Below, piece by piece: positions 19,275 to 28,329 of a DNA stretch of 64,000 nucleotides (positions are counted from its first letter, which is position 1; every line of letters begins with the position of its first letter). The stretch is from a virus: the IMG/VR virus record IMGVR_UViG_3300016471_000863; one strand, written 5' to 3'. The notes under the pieces were generated by a model that was not told the origin of the DNA, made no database searches, and was given only the letters and a program-made list of their open reading frames with translations. Both the position numbers and the translations under genes were made by a program.

Positions 19275-20271
19275 GTTTTTTAACCCAATCGTTTATAAAA
19301 AATGGCAACGGTTTATCAATTCGTACACTATTTGTTTTTTGTCCAGTCCAAGCAGTATGAAATATATGACCACCCGTTTCACTTGCTAGTTGTTTGGCTT
19401 TCATTTTAATTTCTTCACCAGAAACATCATTCAATGATTTTTGAAAAAATGGATTCCAACCTTCAGGCTTAGAAGCCTTCTCTCCATATAATGAAAGCCA
19501 AGAATCATTCCAAAAATATTTGTATTTATGTATTTTTGAAGCAATACTCCACCAAGAAAAATGGTAAACTGTTGGTAAGTTTTCTACACTAGCATTGAAC
19601 CATTTTTCATATTCTTTTGCAGCATTCGTATCTGAAACTGCCTTTACTCTTATGTCGTCTACTTCTTTTGTTATAAAGTTTAAACACGGCACAATAAGCC
19701 CATTTTTTTTATTTATATAATCACAACCATCGCTTCCAGGTTTTGAATAGAGTAATCCATCCTTCTCCCATCTCAAAGGAGATGGAATACCATGAGTAAT
19801 ATTTGGATCATTTCTAGAAATTCTCCACTTCCACGGATTAACATCAACCCTTACCTTTTCTATTCCACCCCAATATTCAACAACAGGTAAAGCTAATAAC
19901 GGCACATCTTTCAAATAATTTGTTTTTTGCAATACAGATTCTATTTTCTTTCTCGAATTGGGCTCTACAACTTCATCTGCATCAATTTGCCATAAAAAAT
20001 CACCAGTACATTGCTCACGAGCAAATGCTTTGGTCATACCATCATATATTCCATGATTAGGAGCATTCCAGGGAATTTGGATTTGATAAACATTGAGTGA
20101 TGGAATTTCATCCATTAAAGCCTCTAAACGAGCCGAGGTGCCATCTTCTTTATCTGATGAGTCTACCACTACAATCTCATCACAAAAATCCGCTAATGAC
20201 CTTATGGTGGCTTCAAATGGATAGTCCATCTCTACAGCATTTCTTATTGTTGTATATCCACTTATTTTCAT
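19264..20271 (-). CDS. Glycosyltransferase family 2-like
   Basis: ISGYTTIRN, DYPF, DEIVVVDS, QIDADE, YHF. Confidence 0.85.
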   Translation of the reverse strand: MKISGYTTIRNAVEMDYPFEATIRSLADFCDEIVVVDSSDKEDGTSARLEALMDEIPSLNVYQIQIPWNAPNHGIYDGMTKAFAREQCTGDFLWQIDADEVVEPNSRKKIESVLQKTNYLKDVPLLALPVVEYWGGIEKVRVDVNPWKWRISRNDPNITHGIPSPLRWEKDGLLYSKPGSDGCDYINKKNGLIVPCLNFITKEVDDIRVKAVSDTNAAKEYEKWFNASVENLPTVYHFSWWSIASKIHKYKYFWNDSWLSLYGEKASKPEGWNPFFQKSLNDVSGEEIKMKAKQLASETGGHIFHTAWTGQKTNSVRIDKPLPFFINDWVKKHEI

Positions 20272-20352
20272 TTTATTTTCCTGACATTGTAATAGTTTTA
20301 ATAAAAATTATTATAGTAATCAACAAAATTAATGAATTAATAAAAATGCTAA

Positions 20353-21270
20353 TCATATACAATATTTGGTGCCGCTATAAACGCAATACATGCAACTATT
20401 CCTGTTTTTAACAAATCTTCGCTGTTGCAATTGATTTATCATGTTTTGAACTATATCAAGAGCTTTTTCCTCAGTTTTAGGTCCAACTGAAACAGGAACG
20501 AATTCACATCTAGAACCATCTTTTTTGGGAGTCCTTTTCAGGAGAACAAATCCTGTCTTTACCTGCGTTAAATCTAAGTTATTTAACTTACACCAAAAAT
20601 GTTTGTATAGTACAAGTTGCAATTGTTTTTGAAAATCTCGTTTTTTATCTGGAGTCCATCCAAAAGACGTAGTTTTCCAATCTAGAATTATTGTCTGATA
20701 CTCATCATTTGAGTGATCTTCGCCAGTTAACTCTGACAATCTCATTGGAGAATTTTTATTTATAGCTTTTCTTTGCTTTACAGGAACTTTGATTATGCAA
20801 TCAATGAATCCTTTGAAATATTTTTCTTTTTGATTTTGAACTTCTTCAAATAAATTCCATTCAGTAGCTACGGGTAGCCAACCTGGAAAAGTTTCATCTA
20901 ACCATCCTGGTACTTGTTTTAGGATTGGTCCAATTGCTTCAGAAAATTCTTCTATTTCTTTTTCTGAATACAGCGAAGGATCAATCTCTTTGAGTTTCAA
21001 CATTCTTTCGGAAAAATCTTTTATAGTCTTCTCTACTACTTCTTCCGTCATAGAATGACGGGTCATAATAAATTCTTCTAAAGTATCGTGTATCGAACTT
21101 CCGAATTCCGTATGAATACTCGGCTTATCTAACGATATTTTATCTATATGCTTTAACTTGTGGCGAAAGCTACATTGTAACCAATCGTAAGCTTCTGAAT
21201 ACGAAATTGAATGTTTACCGGTTGGCAACATATATTTTTCATTTAATACTGGAAGTTCTTTTTTTTGCAT
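20353..21270 (-). CDS. PD-(D/E)XK nuclease, Cas4/RecB-like with 4 Cys
   Basis: ISYS..QC, GSSIH, GFID, ILDWKT, QLVLY, C-terminal CMYC-x7-C. Confidence 0.88.
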   Translation of the reverse strand: MQKKELPVLNEKYMLPTGKHSISYSEAYDWLQCSFRHKLKHIDKISLDKPSIHTEFGSSIHDTLEEFIMTRHSMTEEVVEKTIKDFSERMLKLKEIDPSLYSEKEIEEFSEAIGPILKQVPGWLDETFPGWLPVATEWNLFEEVQNQKEKYFKGFIDCIIKVPVKQRKAINKNSPMRLSELTGEDHSNDEYQTIILDWKTTSFGWTPDKKRDFQKQLQLVLYKHFWCKLNNLDLTQVKTGFVLLKRTPKKDGSRCEFVPVSVGPKTEEKALDIVQNMINQLQQRRFVKNRNSCMYCVYSGTKYCI

Positions 21271-21411
21271 AAAATCTACAATAACATGTTAAAATTTCAT
21301 TTTTAAACATAAACTCGCTCTTAAAGAGCATTGGAATAAAATTTTTTAGAGAGGACTAAAAATAATGATTTGCAATTATCGTTTTAGATAACTGTTGATA
21401 TCTGTAAATAG

Positions 21412-21435
21412 AAATACCCCGCTATCGGGGTATTT
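21412..21435. terminator. Intrinsic terminator hairpin downstream of the IMPDH/GMPR gene
   Basis: Perfect 10-bp stem AAATACCCCG-ctat-CGGGGTATTT 4 nt past the stop. Confidence 0.75.
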
Positions 21436-21439
21436 TCGT

Positions 21440-22459
21440 TCACTTCATTGCTGTATGTCTTATGCCAAACTTTGCATTCATTTGGAATTCGCAGAGATTA
21501 CAAGAATTAGAATAAGAGAAGGAACTCTGCAACCCACCCTTAATCTGATTTACAATATCAACTGCGCTATGCTCACTTGCGTCAATCAATGTTGAAACTC
21601 CTTCTGCCGTTGGCAATGAAGAAGAATTACGAATGGTTAGCATTGCATCCTTGCTTGCCATGCCACGATAAACCTTCTTACCGCCTACACGTTCACCAGG
21701 AGCTTCACGGGCACCAGCAAACAAACGTCCACACATGACAAGATTAGCACCAGCGGCAAGAGCCTTGGCAATATCACCAATCTCAGTAATACCACCATCA
21801 GCTACAATAAGAGGCTTATTGCCATATATATCATGCAGAGCACTTGCACATTCCATTACAGCACTAAACTGAGGAACGGTAACGCCAGTAACATTCTTTG
21901 TGATGCAAACATTTCCGGGACCAATACCAGTCTTAATAGCATGAGCACCCCAGGAAGCAAGATCCTTAACAGCTTGTGCAGTAGCTACATTTCCTGCCAT
22001 AACATACACATCTGAATATGTTTCACGGAGCCATGTAATCATATCACGCATCATTCGTGAGTGACCATGTGCGATATCAATAACAAAGTTACGGGCACCG
22101 GCAGCATGAAGAAACCGAGCACGATCTTTACTTTCTTCATTTACCCCGATGGATACGAAACAAGGATGGGATTTATTACCGGATGCGGTTTGAAACTCAT
22201 GGATATTCTGTTCAACCGTCATAAAACGGTGAATGGCTCCAATAGCACCACCTTCTGCCATAGCATGAGCCATTTCACCAGCAGTAACGGTATCCATATT
22301 AGCGGAAATGACGGGAACATCAATCTTAAAGTCGCCAATATGAACACTTGTATCTACTTGAGAACGAGAAGTAACTTCGCTGTATTGAGGTACTATATAC
22401 ACATCCTTATAGTCCAAATCTCCAGAATTATTAAATTCTTTTAAAAACTTATCAGCCAT
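21440..22459 (-). CDS. IMP dehydrogenase/GMP reductase family protein (no CBS domains)
   Basis: ISANMDTV, IHRF, IDIAHGHS, AGNVAT, GIGPGNVC (catalytic Cys), ADGGI, YRGMAS, AEG; IMPDH vs GMPR unresolved. Confidence 0.9.
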   Translation of the reverse strand: MADKFLKEFNNSGDLDYKDVYIVPQYSEVTSRSQVDTSVHIGDFKIDVPVISANMDTVTAGEMAHAMAEGGAIGAIHRFMTVEQNIHEFQTASGNKSHPCFVSIGVNEESKDRARFLHAAGARNFVIDIAHGHSRMMRDMITWLRETYSDVYVMAGNVATAQAVKDLASWGAHAIKTGIGPGNVCITKNVTGVTVPQFSAVMECASALHDIYGNKPLIVADGGITEIGDIAKALAAGANLVMCGRLFAGAREAPGERVGGKKVYRGMASKDAMLTIRNSSSLPTAEGVSTLIDASEHSAVDIVNQIKGGLQSSFSYSNSCNLCEFQMNAKFGIRHTAMK

Positions 22460-22462
22460 AAA

Positions 22463-23350
22463 TTATTCCTTGTTTATAATTTTCCAAAATCTGTTGTATG
22501 AATTTTTTAGATAGTTTATGGTATCATCTATATTTTCTGTTCTAAACCATTCTTCATCTTTATGTTGAACATTTTCATTTAGATCTAATTGTAGCCCCAT
22601 GAGTTTTGCTTCAATTACAAGTCGTGGGCAGGTATCGAATCCGGCAGGATGAAATATTAAACCTTTGTATTCTCCAAGTTTTTGAATAAACTGTTCATAT
22701 GGCAAACCGCCAATTAAATCATAATCTAATCCTTTAGATTTGGCATATGCTTCTGTAGCTTCTTGAGCTTTAATCCATGATCCGCCTTTGAGTATTGCCC
22801 ATTTATCATTGGATGCTCTATTATTTCTTATTTCAAGTAGGACTTTATAATCTTTTTCTTCCCAAGCAGAAGACAATACTTTTGCATTACTTTTCAGTGC
22901 GGGAAACCATTTGCAATATTCATTCATTTGTCCTGTTGACATGAAAAATAAATGCTCTGCCCTCCTGTAGAATGATGCTACCCATTTTCCGTAGGAGTCT
23001 GTGTGACAATCACAATCAACTTGCGTTTTTAACTTATGTAAATGGCTTGATCTATATTTGCAATATTTGTAATCATATTCGATAATTGAATATTTGCAAC
23101 CAGATTGTACTAACTGAATTCTACCTTCAATTGGAGATTGATTCCAATTACATAAAACCCAATATTTATCTGTATTTTTTTGAACTAATTCAGGAGTTAG
23201 TGATTCGCTGTGCAGTTTAAATACGTTTTTTTTGCTACAATTAATAATTGCATCGGTTGTTAATTCAGCACCGCCAATATATTCATTAGAATATAAATCG
23301 GCTACAAATATTACTTCTGTAGTTGGTGGAATGAAATATTCTTTAGGCAT
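22463..23350 (-). CDS. Putative glycosyltransferase, GT-B-like (start revised to 23350)
   Basis: FVAD..GGAELT, DTCPRLVIEAKLMG; start MPKEYF overlaps the upstream stop. Confidence 0.65.
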   Translation of the reverse strand: MPKEYFIPPTTEVIFVADLYSNEYIGGAELTTDAIINCSKKNVFKLHSESLTPELVQKNTDKYWVLCNWNQSPIEGRIQLVQSGCKYSIIEYDYKYCKYRSSHLHKLKTQVDCDCHTDSYGKWVASFYRRAEHLFFMSTGQMNEYCKWFPALKSNAKVLSSAWEEKDYKVLLEIRNNRASNDKWAILKGGSWIKAQEATEAYAKSKGLDYDLIGGLPYEQFIQKLGEYKGLIFHPAGFDTCPRLVIEAKLMGLQLDLNENVQHKDEEWFRTENIDDTINYLKNSYNRFWKIINKE

Positions 23351-25190
23351 TAGAATTCTCTGCTTTTGTATCTGTAGTTTCATTCGAGGGTGCATGGGTA
23401 GCTTCTGTTTCGGGAGCAGAAGGTTCTGCGCTAGCCTTCTCTTCCTCTACTAGTCTAACCTTATATTCAACCTCTAGTTCGACTCCGTATGGCTTATCAT
23501 CTCTCATAAGAATCTCTGCAAATCCAATTGCATTAGCAATTGACATATCTTCAAAAGTAACTTCGACATCAAATTGATTCTTTAGATTTGCCACATCCTT
23601 GCCATAAAGAATATCATTTTCAATCTTTTCGATCTTCATCTTTGTTGCAACATAGCCCTTACCCTCTTGGAATTGACCAATTCCAATAATATCGCCAGGA
23701 AGTATAGAATCAAAAAGTTGTGCAGTAGATTCCTCGTCTAAAACTAGAGATTTATTTTCCATTTCCGATAGTTGTTCGGGCTCAAGAATTCCCATAAGTT
23801 TCATAATTGCATTTGAAGTCTCTTGCGAAGCACGACCGGGATACTTGTGTTCATTTGGATGATTCTTTCTCTTAATCTTAATTGTCTGTTCTTCAACGAC
23901 CTTCATTGTCATATTGATTGACTCCATGTTTAAGTTTTGCAACTCTGTTTGTTCTATATTATCAAGATAATTGTTGAATATAAACATATTGAATGTTACA
24001 TTCCAAAGATTATTATTTTTAGTTCTCTTTCTTTCGAATCCCATTTCTCTTAATTTTGCCGCCAATAAATGATTTGGGTATTTAGAATATGATTTCAATC
24101 CATTTGATTTGAATAATCTTTCTCTTTGTAATGCTATTTCTTCAATTCCGACATAAGAAGATTTATCTGTGGCTACGGATAAGCTGTTGAAGAAATCTTT
24201 ATCTAACTTCAGTATCAATTCCTTTCTTTCTTTAGAAAGAAAGATTCTTTTTTCTTCCATAAATTGGAAATAAGATTCATTTACTTTTGTATGTGAGGTA
24301 TTTCTACTCTCATACTTGCATACAGAACCAACAATACATTTAATTTCTTCATTGCTTATGTTTTCTGCATTTTCGCAGAAGCTTACGTATTCTGATGCGT
24401 TCAAGTAAAGTTCAGCTTGAGATGCAATACCATTAGCTCTGTCAGAAGATAGTAATCTATGAATAGTGGTATTGCGTATACCATTTGGAATTTTCTTACC
24501 AGAAGAAATCATATCCCTTAATTCTTTAATTGAAAATTGTGACCAGGATCTTAAATCTTCTGTTACTACATGTTTTTTTTGTTTTTTCTTATTTGCTGAA
24601 TCTTTTATAGAAGACTCAATATTTTTCTTAGAAAAAAGAGCATCTAAAAATTCTTTAGGTAAATCTAAAATTTCCTGTTCTATAGATTCTGTAAATTCAA
24701 AATTATATCTATTTCCACTTTTATGAATAGAAGGTGGAATTATAACATATCCGTTTGTTCCTCTAATGTCAACCTTGTCTGCCAAATAGCTAACAGAATT
24801 GGGAATAGAATATTTACTCCAAAACCAATAATGCCAACCGCCGCTACCAGTCTGATAACGAAAAGTTTTAGGTAGACGATTTATAATCTCATGTTGTGAA
24901 TTATCAACATCTATTACAATTAATTTTTTATTTGTAACGCTAGAGAGACGACCAGTAGCTACCGCATAATTCACACCAGTTTTATTGAACCATTTATTTA
25001 TGTTTTCAATTTTATTTGTAGCAGAAAATTTCCAATTGTATTTCAATAAGGGATGTTTCCCAGGAGAACTGCATGAGGAATTACCACATGTACACTTCCC
25101 TTGCACCATAGAATGCAAAGGAAACATATAAAGATCATTCTTGATGAGAAATGAAATAACTTTATTTTTTATATTGCTTTCTGATTCCAT
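23343..25190 (-). CDS. Bifunctional DNA primase/polymerase (Prim-Pol) domain protein with unknown C-terminal domain
   Basis: CTCG..C..PGKHP, NYAVATG, VIDVD, TGSGGWHYWF, VDIRGTNGYVIIPPSIH, GIRN (PriCT-like). Confidence 0.88.
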   Translation of the reverse strand: MESESNIKNKVISFLIKNDLYMFPLHSMVQGKCTCGNSSCSSPGKHPLLKYNWKFSATNKIENINKWFNKTGVNYAVATGRLSSVTNKKLIVIDVDNSQHEIINRLPKTFRYQTGSGGWHYWFWSKYSIPNSVSYLADKVDIRGTNGYVIIPPSIHKSGNRYNFEFTESIEQEILDLPKEFLDALFSKKNIESSIKDSANKKKQKKHVVTEDLRSWSQFSIKELRDMISSGKKIPNGIRNTTIHRLLSSDRANGIASQAELYLNASEYVSFCENAENISNEEIKCIVGSVCKYESRNTSHTKVNESYFQFMEEKRIFLSKERKELILKLDKDFFNSLSVATDKSSYVGIEEIALQRERLFKSNGLKSYSKYPNHLLAAKLREMGFERKRTKNNNLWNVTFNMFIFNNYLDNIEQTELQNLNMESINMTMKVVEEQTIKIKRKNHPNEHKYPGRASQETSNAIMKLMGILEPEQLSEMENKSLVLDEESTAQLFDSILPGDIIGIGQFQEGKGYVATKMKIEKIENDILYGKDVANLKNQFDVEVTFEDMSIANAIGFAEILMRDDKPYGVELEVEYKVRLVEEEKASAEPSAPETEATHAPSNETTDTKAENSNA

Positions 25191-25254
25191 CTAGTTCAGT
25201 CTAGAGTAGGAACGTAAAACAATATATGTATTATACTAAGATTCTATCTTCTTA

Positions 25255-25968
25255 TTATGGTAGGCTTCCACTCACTGGGGGAACCCCCCCTAATTCAGCT
25301 CTTTTTTGAGCAACTAACCAATTTTTAATTTTTATATAAATTTCTTCTTTTTCGTATTCTGTTTTCATTAATTTATTAATGACATAATTCCTAAATGGAA
25401 ACATGAAATAATATGCTGAACTACAGAATTGCGTATCTGCTATCCATTCGGCATAGTATTTGGGGTCGTATCTATGTAAACGTGCGACCATCATGTTTAT
25501 ATGAAAGCCTCTAATCTCAGCCGCCGCCCGCCCCGGAGCTGGAATGGGAGCGAGAAATAAAAGAAACGCTAGACACAGTAGCCACCAAGGATTCCATATT
25601 GCTCCAATTGCTCCTAGAGCAAATATTGCTAATATTTGAGGAAATGCGTATGCTATTGTGTATAGAACAGTACCAAAGCGTTTTCTATCATACTCATGTA
25701 TTACTTCATGAGCCAATATTTCTATAACTTCGTTTACTCTATCTTCTTTTAAATTTCCAGAAGTATCAAAGTAATCTGCTGGATACCAACATTCACCTAG
25801 AGAAACTGTTATATATTTTGTATCTAATTCTGGATTAAATATTTTTCCAAAAAAACTAGCTATTGCATATAATCCAGTTTTGTGTTCTTTGTTTTTTATT
25901 TTAAAATTGGGATTAACAGGATAAGCAATGTCTTCTATAAATTTTTGAACTTTTGCTGGTATGATCAT
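25255..25968 (-). CDS. Membrane protein with HExxH zinc-metalloprotease motif (paralog 1)
   Basis: AHEVIHE, hydrophobic hairpin, AEIRG; colinear with the neighbour. Confidence 0.6.
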   Translation of the reverse strand: MIIPAKVQKFIEDIAYPVNPNFKIKNKEHKTGLYAIASFFGKIFNPELDTKYITVSLGECWYPADYFDTSGNLKEDRVNEVIEILAHEVIHEYDRKRFGTVLYTIAYAFPQILAIFALGAIGAIWNPWWLLCLAFLLFLAPIPAPGRAAAEIRGFHINMMVARLHRYDPKYYAEWIADTQFCSSAYYFMFPFRNYVINKLMKTEYEKEEIYIKIKNWLVAQKRAELGGVPPVSGSLP

Positions 25969-25991
25969 AAAAACTCCTGCGCCTACTTAGA

Positions 25992-26660
25992 TCAATTATT
26001 TTCAAACCATGTTTTTATTTTACTGTAAATTTCTTCTTTTTCGTATTCAGTCTCTAAGAGACGCTTGACTACATAAGATTTAAATGGAAACATGAAATAA
26101 TATGCCGCACTGCAAAATTGTGTTTCTGCCGCCCATTCAGCTAATGCTTGTGGATTTCCATAAGATTTCATGCGGCTTAACATCATATTTGTATGATAGC
26201 CTCTTATTTCAATATAAGCTCTACCTGGAGATGGTATTGGAGCCAATAACAATAAAAATAGCAAGCATAATAACCACCATAAATTCCATATAGCACCGAT
26301 AGCTCCAAGAGCTAGCACAGCAAATATTTGAGGAGAAGCATACAGTAGCGTATATGGAACCGTTCCAAGTCTTTTCCTATCATATTCATGAAGCACTTCG
26401 TGTGCCAATACTTCAACAGCAGATTCAGCTCTATCTTCTCGAAAATCACCATTTTCATCAAAATAATCAGCAGGAAACCAGCATTCGCCTAGTAGTACTG
26501 TAATATATCTTGTATTTAATTCAGGGTTAAAAAGTTTTCCAAAAAATGTTAAAAAAGCATGTAATCCAGAGTCGTGTGCTTTGTTTTTTATCTTAAAATT
26601 TGGATTAACAGGATAAGCAATATCATTTAAAAATTTTTCCATGCGTGCAGGTAGTTTCAT
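25992..26660 (-). CDS. Membrane protein with HExxH zinc-metalloprotease motif (paralog 2)
   Basis: AHEVLHE, hydrophobic hairpin, IEIRG; SD GGAG upstream. Confidence 0.6.
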   Translation of the reverse strand: MKLPARMEKFLNDIAYPVNPNFKIKNKAHDSGLHAFLTFFGKLFNPELNTRYITVLLGECWFPADYFDENGDFREDRAESAVEVLAHEVLHEYDRKRLGTVPYTLLYASPQIFAVLALGAIGAIWNLWWLLCLLFLLLLAPIPSPGRAYIEIRGYHTNMMLSRMKSYGNPQALAEWAAETQFCSAAYYFMFPFKSYVVKRLLETEYEKEEIYSKIKTWFENN

Positions 26661-26746
26661 ATAATTCTCCTATTGGTAAATAGGAATCAAATCACTTAAC
26701 TTATATTTACATTTCTTATTAGATATAAAATACTAATCTGGTACAT

Positions 26747-27391
26747 ATGAAAATTAATTCATCAGAACTCAATCCAGAAATTAAAACCCCGCAAATCCTT
26801 CTATTTAACCGGATTAAAACCAAATCTATTGCATATAACACAGCTAAACCGGTTGGTATAGGAGAAACTAAAGCCCTATTGCAAAAGATGGTTAAGGCTT
26901 GTTTATCGGATGATGGAGTTGGACTTGCTGCTCCTCAAATAAACATATTCAAACAACTGTTCATAATCCGTGAGATGGATGGGGAAGGAAAGCCCCTGGA
27001 AAGCTTTATAGCCTATTTTAATCCTGAGTGGAGAGCAGTAGCCGAAGAGGGTAAGGAAGAGGGCATAGAGGGCTGTTTAAGCGTTCCTGGGATACCATTT
27101 GTGGTTAGCCGCTGGAAGACTATAGATGCTACATGGTGGGAACTCCAAGAAGATGGAAGCTTTGTAGAACGTAAAGAAAGATTTACTGGATATAAGGCAA
27201 GAATATATCAACATGAGTGGAACCATCTTTCTGCAAAGAGTATTGTAGATATTGGCAAGCCTCATGGTGATGATCGGCTTATTGCTGAAGATAAGAAGCA
27301 GCAAAAGGTATTGAATACGGGCACTAATCTCAAGAATAAGGCTGTTAAAGTATCTGGTGGTGCATCTGGAGCAAGACCAAAATATAGTTGA
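26747..27391 (+). CDS. def: Peptide deformylase
   Basis: GVGLAAPQI, EGCLS, QHEWNHL. Confidence 0.93.
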   Translation: MKINSSELNPEIKTPQILLFNRIKTKSIAYNTAKPVGIGETKALLQKMVKACLSDDGVGLAAPQINIFKQLFIIREMDGEGKPLESFIAYFNPEWRAVAEEGKEEGIEGCLSVPGIPFVVSRWKTIDATWWELQEDGSFVERKERFTGYKARIYQHEWNHLSAKSIVDIGKPHGDDRLIAEDKKQQKVLNTGTNLKNKAVKVSGGASGARPKYS

Positions 27392-27421
27392 AAAAAGAAG
27401 GGGAGCTTTCATGCTCCCCTT
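27391..27421. terminator. Terminator between convergent def and hsp20
   Basis: AAGGGGAGC-tttcat-GCTCCCCTT stem; A-run on the left is a U-tract on the minus strand. Confidence 0.8.
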
Positions 27422-27453
27422 GTTATCCTGCTTGATTGGTTTTATCTAAATAT

Positions 27454-27804
27454 TCACAAGACCGGAACGTTTACTACTCCATCTTCTTCTTTTTTAAGAT
27501 TTGCTGAAACGGTAAGGATACCATCTATGCATTCAGCCTTAAGAGTAGTTGTATCTATATCTGGGAATGATACACGGAAGCTTGTAGAGCGTCCACCATT
27601 CTTACCGGATATAGAGAGTTGATCATCTTTCCAGGATACGGATATTTTATCTTTTGGAATACCTGGAAGTTCATAGGATACGGATGCAACGCCGTCTTTA
27701 ACTTTTATATTGTTAGCATAAGATGGGGTATATGTTTCCCAGGCATTGTTCCATACATCGTTGAATAGACGATCAAGAGCACGAGTTGAGTATAGTGTTA
27801 ACAT
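27454..27804 (-). CDS. Small heat-shock protein (Hsp20/alpha-crystallin)
   Basis: ELPGIPKDKISV, LSISG, AECIDGILTV, C-terminal VPV; SD AAGGAG. Confidence 0.88.
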   Translation of the reverse strand: MLTLYSTRALDRLFNDVWNNAWETYTPSYANNIKVKDGVASVSYELPGIPKDKISVSWKDDQLSISGKNGGRSTSFRVSFPDIDTTTLKAECIDGILTVSANLKKEEDGVVNVPVL

Positions 27805-27857
27805 AATTTATCTCCTTTTGTTATAGCGCCGATAGTTGTTGGCGCTTGGATAATTGG

Positions 27858-27885
27858 ATGATAAACAGGGAGAAAAACTTGTCAA
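27858..27885 (-). promoter_or_regulatory. Sigma70-type promoter of hsp20
   Basis: TTGACA-N16-TATCAT on the minus strand. Confidence 0.7.
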
Positions 27886-27915
27886 GGGGGTAGATGAAAA
27901 TATTTTTGACAGCTT

Positions 27916-27953
27916 AAAAAGAAAAAGGAGCACCGGTTTTTAATCGGCACTCC
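27916..27953 (-). terminator. Intrinsic terminator ending the structural-gene operon
   Basis: GGAGUGCCG-N9-CGGUGCUCC (two G-U pairs, pairing only on minus-strand RNA) followed by UUUUUCUUUUU. Confidence 0.78.
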
Positions 27954-28029
27954 AGTTTCAAGCAGGAGAAATCATAGCTATATGATTTTATTAATCATGC
28001 AATGACGAACCAAAAAATGTATAAAATTT

Positions 28030-28323
28030 TCATTCATAACCGACTATGATTACATCAGAAGCTCCTGGTGGTGGCGTTCCTACCGAATAAACATATTGTC
28101 CAGACAAGAAGCCTCTATATACAGGTTGTAGTGGTGTTCCAATGGTTACAGTTCCTATTTCATTTAAATCATTTGCTAATGTGTCACCCCTGCCGTATGC
28201 CCCATAGCTATTTGCGGTATCTGTTACTGTTGGAGGTTTATTAATAGCGGTGCCTATAAACGAACCATAAGCATTTGCTATAACGTTATTTACACCGACA
28301 CTTGTTGTTGCCACATTAGCCAT
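28030..28323 (-). CDS. Small putative virion protein
   Basis: Gly/Thr/Val-rich, last gene of the structural run. Confidence 0.55.
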   Translation of the reverse strand: MANVATTSVGVNNVIANAYGSFIGTAINKPPTVTDTANSYGAYGRGDTLANDLNEIGTVTIGTPLQPVYRGFLSGQYVYSVGTPPPGASDVIIVGYE

Positions 28324-28329
28324 ATATTA

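Noticed and set aside
1-20271. Bacterial chromosomal O-antigen/capsule locus
   Set aside because: No membrane assembly or export genes seen, and the surrounding content (fibre, homing endonuclease, inteins, spanin-like genes, no housekeeping operons) is phage-like; not fully excluded because the island runs off the left edge
20353-21270. Cas4-like nuclease as part of a CRISPR-Cas system
   Set aside because: No cas1/cas2 or array in the window; solo Cas4-like nucleases are common in phages
27825-27846. CIRCE (HrcA) operator upstream of hsp20
   Set aside because: The arms AGCGCC/GGCGCT and their spacing do not match TTAGCACTC-N9-GAGTGCTAA
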